In this document: piece after piece, positions 40,920 to 51,058 of the stretch
How positions within the stretch are numbered: position 1 is the stretch's first letter
Layout: the number at the start of each line of letters is the position of its first letter
DNA from: Candidatus Hadarchaeota archaeon
GTDB taxonomy: Archaea > CAYQAE01 > CAYVLA01
Direction of reading: 5' to 3'
DNA: 64,000 bases
Assembly (NCBI GenBank): GCA_964621445.1
Contig: CAZUNO010000007.1
Location: forward strand, 1-64,000
Translations under genes and position numbers: made by a program
Notes under the pieces: generated by a model
What the model was told of the DNA's origin: nothing
Database searches by the model: none
What the model saw: the letters and a program-made list of their open reading frames with translations, nothing else

Positions 40920-41261
40920 TTAACCTATCGCGTCCTCCCCGCGTTCCCCGGTCCTTATCCTTATACATTCCTTGAGGTCGACCACGAAGATCTTTCCGTC
41001 ACCTATCTCTCCGGTTCTAGCACCATCTATTATTGCCTGGATGGTCGGTTCCACAAATTCCTCGTTTACTCCGATTTCTATCCTGACCTTCTTGAGGAGA
41101 TTCACTTCCCGGGTGACCTGTCTGTAGACCTCTTTGTACCCCCGTTGCTGGCCGCACCCAAGGGCATTGGTCACCGTCATCTTGAAAACCTCTGCCTTTG
41201 CCAAAGCCGCCTTTACGTCCGGGAGTTTATGCGGTTGAATTATCGCGGTTACTATCTTCAT
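40920..41261 (-). CDS. glnK: P-II family nitrogen regulatory protein
   Basis: [18 protein letters not shown] and [13 protein letters not shown]...IRIRTGERG; linked to amtB. Confidence 0.93.
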   Translation of the reverse strand: MKIVTAIIQPHKLPDVKAALAKAEVFKMTVTNALGCGQQRGYKEVYRQVTREVNLLKKVRIEIGVNEEFVEPTIQAIIDGARTGEIGDGKIFVVDLKECIRIRTGERGEDAIG

Positions 41262-41272
41262 CTAAACGCCTC

Positions 41273-42595
41273 TCACTCGGCCACGAATATCTGAAATCCA
41301 CTGTAGGATTCCATGCCGTGTTCACCTATATCCAGACCCCTGATTTCCTCCTCCCGGCTGACCCTTAGCCCCATTAAACGGTCTAGCGCCTTGAAGAAGG
41401 CATACATAACCAATCCTACAAAGGCCAACAGTGCCACCACGCCGGTGATCTGGACCGATAGCAGTCCGAAGCCAGCGCCAGATGTAATACCCCTTGTGCT
41501 GTGGAAGAGGCCCACTGCCAGCGTTCCCCAAATGCCGTTCATTCCGTGGACCGGAATGGCACCCACGGGGTCATCGATTCCCCGCCGGTCCAGAAAGGTG
41601 ACCCCGAGAACGGTTACTGGACCCGAAAGGAGGCCTATGACCGCCGAGGAGGAGATGCTTACGAAAGCGCAGGGGGCTGTTATGGCCACAAGTCCACCTA
41701 GTGCTCCGTTCATGGTCATACCTACATCAGGCTTCCCAAGGCGAAACCAGGCTATTACCAGGGAGCCCAAAGCCCCGGTGGCAGCTGCGATATTGGTGTT
41801 CACGGCGACCTTTGCTATGAGGTCCGAGTCCATTCCCGACAGCGAGCTCCCGGGATTGAATCCAAACCACCCGAACCAGAGAATAAACACTCCCAGCGCT
41901 GCCAGTGGTATGTTGTGACCCATTATGACCTTTGCCTTTCCGTCACGGGCGAACTTTCCGATACGTGGTCCCAAAACCAGTGTCCCCATCAGGCCAGCGA
42001 TACCCCCCGTAGCGTGAACCACACTGGACCCTGCAAAGTCCACGAATCCCAGATCCTGAAGCCAGCCACCACCCCATATCCAGTGCCCGACGATGGGATA
42101 GACCAAGGTGCTAATCAACAGGGAGTATGTGATATATCCCGAGAACTTCATTCTCTCCGCCACGGCACCGGAAACTATGGTAGCAGCGGTCCCACAGAAC
42201 ACGGCCTGGAAAAGCCAGAATGCTGGCGTCGGAATTCCGGCCATTTCGGAGGGTAAGTTCGATAGAAAGACACCAGTTGTTCCCATTACCTGGTTTCCAA
42301 GCCCAAACATGATTCCAAAACCAATGACCCAGAACCCGATGGAGGCCATGCAGAAGTCAAGGAGGTTCTTCATGATGATGTTTCCAGCGTTCTTGGCCCG
42401 TGTGAATCCTACCTCCAACATGCCGAAACCGGCCTGCATGAAGAAAACCAGAAAGGCGGCCAGGAGCACCCAGAGGGTGTTTATGCTTCTCATTATCTCG
42501 GTCAGGCCTGGCGTATCTGATAGTGCAAAAACCCCTGGCAGAAAGACCATTAGAATCAGCAGGAGTATTGACGAACTCACAGCTCCGTTGTCCAT
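41273..42595 (-). CDS. amtB: Ammonium transporter
   Basis: FMQAGF, IVSGAVAER, DFAGSSVVH, LWFGWFGFNPGS and DDPVGAIPVHG. Confidence 0.96.
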   Translation of the reverse strand: MDNGAVSSSILLLILMVFLPGVFALSDTPGLTEIMRSINTLWVLLAAFLVFFMQAGFGMLEVGFTRAKNAGNIIMKNLLDFCMASIGFWVIGFGIMFGLGNQVMGTTGVFLSNLPSEMAGIPTPAFWLFQAVFCGTAATIVSGAVAERMKFSGYITYSLLISTLVYPIVGHWIWGGGWLQDLGFVDFAGSSVVHATGGIAGLMGTLVLGPRIGKFARDGKAKVIMGHNIPLAALGVFILWFGWFGFNPGSSLSGMDSDLIAKVAVNTNIAAATGALGSLVIAWFRLGKPDVGMTMNGALGGLVAITAPCAFVSISSSAVIGLLSGPVTVLGVTFLDRRGIDDPVGAIPVHGMNGIWGTLAVGLFHSTRGITSGAGFGLLSVQITGVVALLAFVGLVMYAFFKALDRLMGLRVSREEEIRGLDIGEHGMESYSGFQIFVAE

Positions 42596-42659
42596 GGTAA
42601 ATATGGGATCCGGAGCGCATATTAGTCTTCACTAAGGAATACAAGTAACGTAGTTTGCT

Positions 42660-42686
42660 ATACGTATTAGTAATAATTATACGTAT
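42660..42686. promoter_or_regulatory. Paired ATACGTAT palindromes (19-bp period) upstream of amtB-glnK
   Basis: ATACGTAT at 42660-42667 and 42679-42686; the same motif lies upstream of glnA and the glt operon. Confidence 0.75.
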
Positions 42687-42734
42687 TTATTCAATCGACG
42701 GGATTTGCACTGGTTCCGGGGAAGAAGATGGGCG

Positions 42735-43559
42735 CTAGAAGTAGGTTCTACCCTCGAATGCCAGGGCTGCCGGACCACGAACTGAAGTTCTATCCCCCAG
42801 GATTATGTCAAGTTTGCCCCCGGGCATTTCCACTGTCCATTGGTCATAATCGGGGTTGAGTTCATTTGCCGCCCTGGCTGCTGCCATAGCTCCAGAGCCA
42901 CATGCCTGGGTTTCGCACGCTCCCCTCTCGTGAACCCTCATATTCAACTTGCCAGGTTCATCCATCCGAACGAATTCCGTGTTGATTCCCTGGGGGCTAA
43001 ACTGATCGTGATACTCCATTGCGTGACCAATACCCTCCACATCGATGGATCCCAGATCACCATCAATGAATGTGACTGCATGTGGGTTCCCTACATCTAT
43101 GAGATGGTATATCAGCGCTGTTCCCGCGGCCTCAACCTTCCTGAATCCCTGGTATAGGGGCATGTCATCCATTTCCAGCTCTACTATGGCCTCCAGGTCA
43201 TTCACCATGTCAACGATCTTGGCCCTAACCGTTCCCCCGGCGGTGAGTATGTTGAAAGACTTTTCCTGCCCTTCCCATAACCTGAGATGAAGGGCAAGTG
43301 CGGCGCATCTAAGCCCGTTCACGCAGGTCTCGGCCTCCGACCCGTCGGCGTTAAATATCCTGAACTGGACTCCATGGTCCTCCCTCCTAAGGAATAATAC
43401 ACCATCGGCGCCAATACCCCTGTTTCGATTACACTTTTGCGAGCAAAAGCTGGATTTTCGGTCTTCCTCCACTACCTCGGATCCGGTCTCATCGATAAGC
43501 ACGAAATCGTTTCCCAGTCCATGAAGCTTTAGAAATTCCACTTTTTCCATTTTCACCAT
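42735..43559 (-). CDS. dapF: Diaminopimelate epimerase
   Basis: KLHGLGNDF, GIGADG, FNADGSEAETCVNGLRC, GNPH and HERGACETQACGSG. Confidence 0.92.
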   Translation of the reverse strand: MVKMEKVEFLKLHGLGNDFVLIDETGSEVVEEDRKSSFCSQKCNRNRGIGADGVLFLRREDHGVQFRIFNADGSEAETCVNGLRCAALALHLRLWEGQEKSFNILTAGGTVRAKIVDMVNDLEAIVELEMDDMPLYQGFRKVEAAGTALIYHLIDVGNPHAVTFIDGDLGSIDVEGIGHAMEYHDQFSPQGINTEFVRMDEPGKLNMRVHERGACETQACGSGAMAAARAANELNPDYDQWTVEMPGGKLDIILGDRTSVRGPAALAFEGRTYF

Positions 43560-44726
43560 CTACAGGGAAAGTTCAAGCATCCTCTCGCATGCCTCTTTGG
43601 TCCTTTCCAGGTCCGGTACAAGCGCGAACCGGAGGAAGTCCTTTCCAGCGTCCGTCGATTGACACAGGGCCTTTCCGGGTACGGTATTCAGGTAAGCTCC
43701 CTCGAGAAGCATCTTGGTGAATTCCAAGGAGTCCATTCCATTGGGCGCTCTAGCCCATATATAGAAGGTCGCGTCCGCATAAACGGACTCCAGACCCATT
43801 TCCTCCAGGGTCCCAACAAGCAAATCCCTCTTCTCCCTGTATTCCCGCCTTAGGCTATCCACATGATCCTCATCTGATAATGCGGCCACGGCCGCATCCT
43901 GGATGAATGTTGCTGCACCCGAATGTGCCTGAGTCTGCACCTTTTTGAAGGGGTCAAGTAGTTCCTTCCTCCCGGCCACAAAAGCTATCCTATAACAGGT
44001 CATGCTTGACCTCTTGGATAACGAGTTAAAGACCAGGGAAACATCCCTTGCACCGGGGATGGAAAACACCGATACCGGTTTCTCATCATAATAGAGCTCG
44101 GAGTATGCCTCATCGGATGCCAGAAGAACGTCGTTTTCCCTACAGAATTCCACGGCGTCCTGGAGGAACTCAACGGGCGCTATCTTGGTGGTGGGATTAT
44201 TCGGGTAGTTGATCCATAGTATCTTTGCCCGTTTACATATCTTGGAAGGTATGCTGGAGAGATCGGGCAGAAAGGAGTTTTCCTCTTCCAGAGGGAGATA
44301 GTAACATCTACCACCCCGGGCCCCGGTTCCGGTCGTGTAGGGAGGATATCCCGGGTCCGGAATCAGGACCACATCATCGGGGTTCACATAGGCCAGAGGT
44401 GTCAAGAATACGGCCTGTTTACAGCCTATAGTTGCCGTGATCTCCGAGTTGGGGTCCAGGGACACCCCAAATCTCCTTTCAAACCAGGTGGCGACCGCGG
44501 ACCTGAATTCAGGGGACCCTTCATAGCTCGGATATCCCGACCGGGCCCTCCTATCCAGTCCGCTCTTACAGGCCTTACGAACGATCATGGGGGTAGGGGA
44601 AGTTGGATCTCCAACTCCAAAATCAATCACGTCCACTCCTTTGCTCTCCAATTCATCCCGGGTCCTGTCAATTTCCGCAAAAGCGTATGGCCGAATCTTG
44701 GTGATGAAGCTACTCGGGGATACCAA
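43560..44726 (-). CDS. dapL: LL-diaminopimelate aminotransferase (class I/II PLP)
   Basis: PYAFAEID, DFGVGDP, INYPNNPT, SDEAYSE and SLSKR; adjacent to dapF. Confidence 0.78.
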   Translation of the reverse strand: MVSPSSFITKIRPYAFAEIDRTRDELESKGVDVIDFGVGDPTSPTPMIVRKACKSGLDRRARSGYPSYEGSPEFRSAVATWFERRFGVSLDPNSEITATIGCKQAVFLTPLAYVNPDDVVLIPDPGYPPYTTGTGARGGRCYYLPLEEENSFLPDLSSIPSKICKRAKILWINYPNNPTTKIAPVEFLQDAVEFCRENDVLLASDEAYSELYYDEKPVSVFSIPGARDVSLVFNSLSKRSSMTCYRIAFVAGRKELLDPFKKVQTQAHSGAATFIQDAAVAALSDEDHVDSLRREYREKRDLLVGTLEEMGLESVYADATFYIWARAPNGMDSLEFTKMLLEGAYLNTVPGKALCQSTDAGKDFLRFALVPDLERTKEACERMLELSL

Positions 44727-44738
44727 TAGATCTACAAC

Positions 44739-45524
44739 CTATGCATAGAGTCTAGAGTAGGGCCTCGTTTCCCGGGGTACTACCTTGCAGAACTCGGTGG
44801 GGTTCACTTCCCGTTTCAACTCGAATCTCTTCCTGAAGTCATCGATATGAGTGGTCAGGAAGTCTCTGTCCGCCTTGTCCAAGCTCTTGATCCGGGCACC
44901 CTCCCCTAGCTGCATTTCGTTGATCTTTCCACGTATGTAAATGATTCCGCCGTGCATACCAGTTCCGATGAATCTCATGCGATGTCTCTTGTATCCCAGG
45001 CCCAGAACGATCACCCGGCCTCCAGCCATATACTCCCCCAGAAAATCCTGAGCAGTTCCTCCAATCATCAAGATGGGAAACCTCTCCCCGTGCTCCTTAA
45101 TATGGAGGGCGGCTCTATAACCAGCATCCTCCCGAACCAATATGGAACCGCCTGTGGCCGACATTCCAAGTATATCCCCACATCTCCCCTCGACGATTAT
45201 CTCTCCCTCATGCATGGTATTACCAACCCCGTCCTGAGCATTCCCATGAACAACCAGGATATGTCCATCCATGAAGGACCCGAGATCGTTTCCGGGGGTT
45301 CCCCAGATCTCAATTTTGGTTGGGGGAAGGCCATTAAGCCGGGTTCCTATATACCTCTGCCCATATACCCCTCTGAGAATTATTTTCCTGCTACCCGACC
45401 GGGCTGCGGATAGAATTTCGGTGTTGAGTTCCCTGAATTCGAGCTGTCCGGCTTCGATCTCCGTGTGCTTTGTATCAGCGCTGCAGACGGGTCTCCTTTC
45501 CGGACTGGTGGTGGTTGACATCAT
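44739..45524 (-). CDS. Glutamate synthase GXGXG beta-helix subunit
   Basis: GQRYIG, GTPGNDLG.FMDG, GNAQDGVGNTM and DFLGEYMAGG. Confidence 0.88.
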   Translation of the reverse strand: MMSTTTSPERRPVCSADTKHTEIEAGQLEFRELNTEILSAARSGSRKIILRGVYGQRYIGTRLNGLPPTKIEIWGTPGNDLGSFMDGHILVVHGNAQDGVGNTMHEGEIIVEGRCGDILGMSATGGSILVREDAGYRAALHIKEHGERFPILMIGGTAQDFLGEYMAGGRVIVLGLGYKRHRMRFIGTGMHGGIIYIRGKINEMQLGEGARIKSLDKADRDFLTTHIDDFRKRFELKREVNPTEFCKVVPRETRPYSRLYA

Positions 45525-47041
45525 TGACCAGCTCCCCTTATCCCCAGAACGTCAAGCTCCCAGTCCGTTAGGCCGATGCCCCTCAACTGCTCGCGATTTC
45601 CCCGCAAGCTTTCCAGGGCATTGATGCCCATTCCTCCCAGCATTTCCTTGATCTCCAGGGACCAGGCGTGAAGTAGGCGTACCAGTCTTCTGGAAGCGAC
45701 ATCGGGATTAATTCTCTTTGATAGATATGGGTCCGTAGTACATATGCCCCAGTTACATATGCCGGTATAGCACTTCTGGCACAAGGTGCAGCCCATGGCC
45801 ACCAGGGCAGCCGTACCCAGGTACACCGCGTCTGCCCCCAGAGCTATTGCCTTCACAACGTCAGCGCTACAGCGAAAACCACCTGCGGAGATTATTGAGC
45901 ATTCGTTTCTAATCCCCTCGCTTCTCAAACGGGAATCGATTGAGGCCAGTGCCATCTCGATTGGTATGCCCACGTTATCCCGTATGGCCTTGGGAGCGGC
46001 CCCGGTTCCCCCTCTCAGGCCGTCTATCGCTATGACATCAGCTCCAGCCCTTGCTATACCGGAGGCTATGGCCGGTGCATTGTGAACGGCAGCTATCTTG
46101 ACTGAAATGGGCTTCTGGTAATTCGTCGCCTCCTTCAATGCGAATATCAACGTTCTCAGATCCTCGATCGAGTAGATATCATGCTGGGGGGCCGGGGAAA
46201 GTGCATCAGTTCCGGCGGGTATCTTTCTGGTGGATGATATCTCGGTTGAGACCTTTTCTCCTGGAAGGTGCCCACCTATGCCGGGCTTTGCACCCTGGCC
46301 AATCTTTATTTCCACCATAGACGAGTTTGCGAGATATTCAGGCTCGACCCCGAAGCGGCCTGAGGCGCATTGAACTATGGCGTGATCCTTGTATTTTCGT
46401 AATTTCTCGGGAAGTCCACCTTCTCCCGAGTTGAACAATGTCCCTGATTCATTTGCCGCTCGTGCCAGGGATTCCTGGGCCTGTCCGCTGATGGCCCCAA
46501 AGCTCAGGGCCGAGAAGATGAGAGGTGTTTCTATTTCCAGCAGAGGGTCCTCATCGCCAGCATTCCCATCCATCAATATCGCTTTCTTGGGCTTGCGTCC
46601 CAGGAACGTCCTGAGCTCCATGGGCTCTCTGAGGGGGTCGATTGAGGGATTTGTAACTTGGGAGGCGTTTAGGACCATGTGGTCCCAGTAGATCGTCTGG
46701 TCCTTATCGTTACCGCAACCGGCAAGAAGCGCCCCACCCGATTCTGCCTGCCTCTTAATATCCGATATCTTTTCCCGCGTCCAGTTAGAGTTTCGGGTAT
46801 AAGGGTGCTGGTTTTCCGAGATGCTTAAAGCGGAAGTGGGGCAGAGCACCACACATCTCTGGCATCCTGCACACTTAGATTCGTCGCTCAGGATGATGTC
46901 CCTCCCCTGGTCATATGTGTGGACATCGAATCCACACTGTCTTATGCAGACCTCACATCTGATACAGCGATCATCATCCCTGGCGATGCTGAAATTTGGG
47001 AGAAGCTGGGTTTCAAGCAACGACCTCACCCCTATGAACAC
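45521..47041 (-). CDS. Archaeal-type glutamate synthase FMN subunit with N-terminal 2x[4Fe-4S]
   Basis: CIRCEVC and CAGCQRC; QVTNPSIDPLRE, EIKIGQGAKPGIGGHLPGEKV and CTLCQKCYTGICNWGI. Confidence 0.92.
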   Translation of the reverse strand: MFIGVRSLLETQLLPNFSIARDDDRCIRCEVCIRQCGFDVHTYDQGRDIILSDESKCAGCQRCVVLCPTSALSISENQHPYTRNSNWTREKISDIKRQAESGGALLAGCGNDKDQTIYWDHMVLNASQVTNPSIDPLREPMELRTFLGRKPKKAILMDGNAGDEDPLLEIETPLIFSALSFGAISGQAQESLARAANESGTLFNSGEGGLPEKLRKYKDHAIVQCASGRFGVEPEYLANSSMVEIKIGQGAKPGIGGHLPGEKVSTEISSTRKIPAGTDALSPAPQHDIYSIEDLRTLIFALKEATNYQKPISVKIAAVHNAPAIASGIARAGADVIAIDGLRGGTGAAPKAIRDNVGIPIEMALASIDSRLRSEGIRNECSIISAGGFRCSADVVKAIALGADAVYLGTAALVAMGCTLCQKCYTGICNWGICTTDPYLSKRINPDVASRRLVRLLHAWSLEIKEMLGGMGINALESLRGNREQLRGIGLTDWELDVLGIRGAGQ

Positions 47042-48153
47042 TCATATGAAACACCATCCCCAAGGCGACCTATTATGGGAACTCCTCCCTGCGGGGACCA
47101 CGCCCTATCGAGGTCTTGGTCGATCATTCGGAGCGGAGCCTCCTCCGAGGATAGATAGAGCACGTCCCCGGAAATACCCGCGGTCAATGGCCTGAGACGA
47201 ATCCTATCGGTGAGTCCGATCATCTCTCCCTCTCTGGCAATTATTACCGAGAACGGGCCATTTAGTAGGAGTCCACCATAAGTTATTCTCAAGGCCCTGT
47301 AGAGACGCCTTTTGTCGGGTTCCATCCTATCGATGGTATCCCAAAGTGGGGGCGCTAGCACCCTTGCTGCAAGCTCCAGAGGCAGGGCATGTCCCCTTAC
47401 CAAAAGATCCATTGTGTAGGCAATGACCTCGGTGTCAGTGAAGAAGCTGCATCTATAGCCGTGGTCCTCCACGAACCTCTTGTTTGCACCGTAGGATGAG
47501 ATCTCCCCATTATGAACGACTGACCAGTCAAGCATGCTAAACGGGTGCGCACCCCCCCACCAGGCGAGGGTGTTGGTTGGAAATCTTCCATGTGCCAGCC
47601 AGATGTATCCTCTGTAGTCCTGGAGACGGTAGAACCTGGCAAGATCTCCCGGGTACCCGATCCCCTTGAAAACACCCATATTCTTCGCGGCGGAAAATAC
47701 GAAGGCATCCCCAATACCGTGGTTGATCTCCGTCACCTCTTCGGCAACCATTTCCTGTGAATTCGGTTGCCCCTCCTCCGTCCTGAGGAAGTATCGCCAA
47801 AGAATTGGGGCCTTGGCCACCGCGCTCACCTCATCGTCGGTCGGTATCCGTTCCTCGTCCCGGACATCGAAGTTTTCGTATAATCTGGCTTCGGTCAGCT
47901 CCTTTCCTTCCCTGGACTCGTACATGATATGAAACGCGTAGTCGTCGGCATGATCCGGATAAAGACCATATATCGAGAACCCGCCGCCGAGACCATTGGA
48001 CCTCTCCTTCATATTGGATATGGCCCTTATTGTGGATCGGCCATCCAGCAACTTCCCCGACATGTCCATCATTCCGAATATGGAGCAGTTGGATATGACC
48101 TTCGTGTCACCGTAAGGGTTGTTCTTCCTCTCAATATTCAGCAACATTATCAC
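47032..48153 (-). CDS. Glutamate synthase class II (Ntn) glutamine amidotransferase subunit
   Basis: N-proximal Cys (NCSIFG), ERSNGLGGG, HGRFPTNT..WWGGAHPF, VHNGEISSYG and DRIRLRP. Confidence 0.9.
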   Translation of the reverse strand: MIMLLNIERKNNPYGDTKVISNCSIFGMMDMSGKLLDGRSTIRAISNMKERSNGLGGGFSIYGLYPDHADDYAFHIMYESREGKELTEARLYENFDVRDEERIPTDDEVSAVAKAPILWRYFLRTEEGQPNSQEMVAEEVTEINHGIGDAFVFSAAKNMGVFKGIGYPGDLARFYRLQDYRGYIWLAHGRFPTNTLAWWGGAHPFSMLDWSVVHNGEISSYGANKRFVEDHGYRCSFFTDTEVIAYTMDLLVRGHALPLELAARVLAPPLWDTIDRMEPDKRRLYRALRITYGGLLLNGPFSVIIAREGEMIGLTDRIRLRPLTAGISGDVLYLSSEEAPLRMIDQDLDRAWSPQGGVPIIGRLGDGVSYECS

Positions 48154-49411
48154 CTTCCGTTAGGATCTTCCGCCTGCAGGCGGTAGGCAGGTCGACCAGC
48201 GAGAAACCTTCCGCGGTGGGGGGTCTATGGAGATCACTCAGAGGGGTGCCGTTCCTCATCAACTGCAGGTATATTCCAGTATTGTCGATATTGCCGACCC
48301 GTATGAACCCCACCAGTTTGCCGTTCCTGGTAACGAATTTGCTGTAATTTAGGTCCCCTTCCTCACATACCTGGTTCCAATTACCTCCCTCCCTGGCCTC
48401 AGTGATGCCGGCGGAGAGTATTGAAGTTCCGAAAAAATGCATAGAATTCATTGAGGTAGCCCACTGCGAACTAGCTCTCTTTCCTGCCATATTGTATCCT
48501 GCAACCATGCCCTCTACATATGCGGCCGGCCAGAGAGCCAGGGTTCGGTTTTGCCCCTCGATAAAATCAAAGGTCTGGGCACAATCACCGGCAGCGTAAA
48601 TGTGAGGTACATTGGTGCTCATGGACTTGTTCACCATTATTCCCCTATCTACCTGAATCCCGGCATCCTCCGCGAGGTCGGTTCGGGGCCGAACGCCTAT
48701 AGCGACCACCAGTAATTCACAGGAGAGCCGACGTCCATCATCCAAAATCGCCAGGATCCCCTTTCCGCTTGAGCATACACTTTCGAGGGTGTGGCCGGTA
48801 ATCAAATTGAGTCCTCGATCCTTGAAGAGAAGCTGGACCATATTCGATGCCGGTTGGTCCAGGACTGATGATAGTATTCTGGAGGCTAGCTCGACAATAG
48901 TTACCTCCAGTCCGATTTCCAGAAGCGGCTCGGCCAGAGAACACCCTATCAGTCCCCCGCCCAGAATTACCACTTTGGAGATATTCCCACTTTCAATTTT
49001 CTCCCTGATAACCCGGGCATCGGATATACCGGAAAATGTCAGGGCGTTAGACCTCAAACCGGGGATAGGAGGAATGAATGGGGTGCCCCCCGTAGCCAGC
49101 AGGAGGTCATCGAACCCGATCGAGTCCCCATCATCCAATTGAACCTCACGCGAATCGGTCTCCAGTCGAACCGCCTTTTTGCCACCAAGAAATGTGACCT
49201 GGTTCCGTTCATAGAATTCCGCCGGCCGATACCATAGATCCTCCACATTCCTCTTACCGCAAATAATATCCCCAATTGAAGGTCTACTGTAGGGAGGGTT
49301 GTTTTCCTCCGATACCACACAGATATCCTGGCAACAGCCAAGCCTCCTGATGGCCTCTATGGCCCCCACCGAAGCGGCCGAGTTTCCGATTATGATGTTA
49401 TGATAACTCAT
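48131..49411 (-). CDS. NAD(P)/FAD-dependent oxidoreductase (glutamate synthase-associated)
   Basis: IIGNSAA, LLLATGG, GGGLIG and IYAAGDCA. Confidence 0.85.
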   Translation of the reverse strand: MSYHNIIIGNSAASVGAIEAIRRLGCCQDICVVSEENNPPYSRPSIGDIICGKRNVEDLWYRPAEFYERNQVTFLGGKKAVRLETDSREVQLDDGDSIGFDDLLLATGGTPFIPPIPGLRSNALTFSGISDARVIREKIESGNISKVVILGGGLIGCSLAEPLLEIGLEVTIVELASRILSSVLDQPASNMVQLLFKDRGLNLITGHTLESVCSSGKGILAILDDGRRLSCELLVVAIGVRPRTDLAEDAGIQVDRGIMVNKSMSTNVPHIYAAGDCAQTFDFIEGQNRTLALWPAAYVEGMVAGYNMAGKRASSQWATSMNSMHFFGTSILSAGITEAREGGNWNQVCEEGDLNYSKFVTRNGKLVGFIRVGNIDNTGIYLQLMRNGTPLSDLHRPPTAEGFSLVDLPTACRRKILTEGDNVAEY

Positions 49412-49836
49412 GTAGTCTCCTCCAGAGATATCGCTTCGTTAGGGCAATGCTCAACGCAGGCCGGGATTTCCCGATCTTCACACAGATCACATCTGATGGG
49501 GTGATCCTTTCCCTTCCTGACCGCCCCAAATGGACATACCAGAATACAGGTCCAGCACGATCTACACCTGTCATAGTCCAGTTGAATCGAGCCATCGACT
49601 CTTTTCAGAGCCCCTGAGGGACAGGAGTATACACATGCGGGGTCATCGCACTGTCGACATTGCAGTGGAAAGGTGACCGGCATTATTTCGTGGACGGTTA
49701 CCCTTGATTCCGGGCGAGGCTTCTCCAACTTGAAGCAATTAATCAAGTCGTTGGACTTCGAGTGGGCAACGACGCACCAAATCTCGCAGAGGTGGCATCC
49801 GATGCATGCATCCTCGTTAACTGCCAGTCTATTCAA
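49408..49836 (-). CDS. 4Fe-4S dicluster (CooF/DmsB-like) protein, first gene of glt operon
   Basis: CIGCHLC, CRQCDDPACVYSCP, CRSCWTC..VCP and CDLC...PACVEHCP. Confidence 0.88.
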   Translation of the reverse strand: MNRLAVNEDACIGCHLCEIWCVVAHSKSNDLINCFKLEKPRPESRVTVHEIMPVTFPLQCRQCDDPACVYSCPSGALKRVDGSIQLDYDRCRSCWTCILVCPFGAVRKGKDHPIRCDLCEDREIPACVEHCPNEAISLEETT

Positions 49837-49890
49837 AGGACCACTTCAGGTACGGGGGTATAGTGGTTGTGCATATTATTGGAAAAATAT

Positions 49891-49930
49891 TTACGTATTG
49901 AAGTACGAGTTAGTATTTGAAATACGTATT
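49891..49930. promoter_or_regulatory. TACGTA-core palindromic sites in the divergent glt/regulator intergenic region
   Basis: TTACGTAT at 49891-49898, degenerate GTACGAGT at 49903-49910, and perfect AATACGTATT at 49921-49930 abutting a TATA-like TTTAAA. Confidence 0.7.
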
Positions 49931-50022
49931 TAAAATCTGGTTAAACCAATTCTTAAAAATAGGAAACAAATGGGACTAAATACATAAATACGGAACAGAA
50001 TACTTTCCTAGCGTGAATAAGT

Positions 50023-51057
50023 ATGGATGTTGGGGAAGCGGAATATAGAAAGGTTCAGGTCCTTGGCCGGTCAAGTTATGCAGTAACCCTGCCCAAGGAT
50101 TGGGTGCGTGATAGGAAACTAGATTCCGGATCAGTTGTAGTTGTAACCGTTGATAAGAAGGGAATACTGCATGTCATGCCGGAGGTCATGCACTCGGAGA
50201 AGGAGGAGCCCGCCGAGAAAAAGTTAGATGCAACTGATATCACCACCGGAGGAGCTCTGGCAAGCACGATCAAGGCATGCTATAAGATCGGATACGAGAA
50301 CATCAACATAAGGCATCCAGGCGGGCTTCGCCCTGATTTAATCAGGGAGATACATGAGGCGGTTGATAGTCTATACGGAACGCTGGTGGTAAAGGAATCC
50401 GCCAATGAAACGGTTGTCCACACCTCCATAGACGTCCGTACCTTCACGGTCAGTTCCCTGATCTCCAGAATGGGTTCATTCTTCCTTTACCTATCAGAGG
50501 AGGTCGAGAAGGCTCTCAGGGAGGGCGTTTTGCAGGACCCAACGACGGTTGAGTACCGAGCGAGGGAGGTCGACAAGATATACTCGCTACTGGTAAGACA
50601 ACTAGTACAGGGAGTAAAGAGCCAGCAGGTGGCCTCGAGGGTTGGGCTGGCCGATGTGATTCAATGCCTCGGCTCTAGAATGGTTGCTAAGGCCCTCAAG
50701 GACATGACCAGAAGCATGTTCATGATATCGGGAGTCGCAAATCAGGCATCAAAAGGCAGAAAAGAGGATGTAGAGGAAATAATCCGTTTCATTAGCGAAA
50801 TTAGGGCAATGTACGATAAGGCATATCAGGCCCTCAGGCGCGAAGATGTTGAACGGGCCGCCGAGATACTTGGTGAGGAGGACTCCTTCCATAATAAACT
50901 GGTGGATTTCGAGAGATCTCTTCCCAAGGAGGAGGACCAGAGGTCCGTGATTTCGGCCGAGGTTTCCTTTGTATGGGAGCTACAGAACGTGCTCAGATCG
51001 ATAATGATACTTGCAGAAATCGCGGTTAACCGGACCGTTGAACGTGAGGAGATGTAG
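50023..51057 (+). CDS. AbrB/SpoVT-type DNA-binding domain plus PhoU-like helical domains transcriptional regulator
   Basis: N-terminal RKVQVLGRSSYAVTLPKDWV; helical PhoU-like repeats (EVDKIYSLLVRQL). Confidence 0.85.
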   Translation: MDVGEAEYRKVQVLGRSSYAVTLPKDWVRDRKLDSGSVVVVTVDKKGILHVMPEVMHSEKEEPAEKKLDATDITTGGALASTIKACYKIGYENINIRHPGGLRPDLIREIHEAVDSLYGTLVVKESANETVVHTSIDVRTFTVSSLISRMGSFFLYLSEEVEKALREGVLQDPTTVEYRAREVDKIYSLLVRQLVQGVKSQQVASRVGLADVIQCLGSRMVAKALKDMTRSMFMISGVANQASKGRKEDVEEIIRFISEIRAMYDKAYQALRREDVERAAEILGEEDSFHNKLVDFERSLPKEEDQRSVISAEVSFVWELQNVLRSIMILAEIAVNRTVEREEM

Positions 51058-51058
51058 A

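Noticed and set aside
49881-49894. GGAAAAATATTTAC resembles the NrpR operator GGAA-N6-TTCC
   Set aside because: It has one mismatch, overlaps a TACGTA site, and no comparably good site is seen at amtB or glnA. No nrpR gene is in the window.
50023-51057. Annotating the regulator as a phosphate-uptake PhoU
   Set aside because: No pst or pit genes are nearby and the context is entirely nitrogen assimilation. A phosphate role cannot be excluded but is unsupported here.
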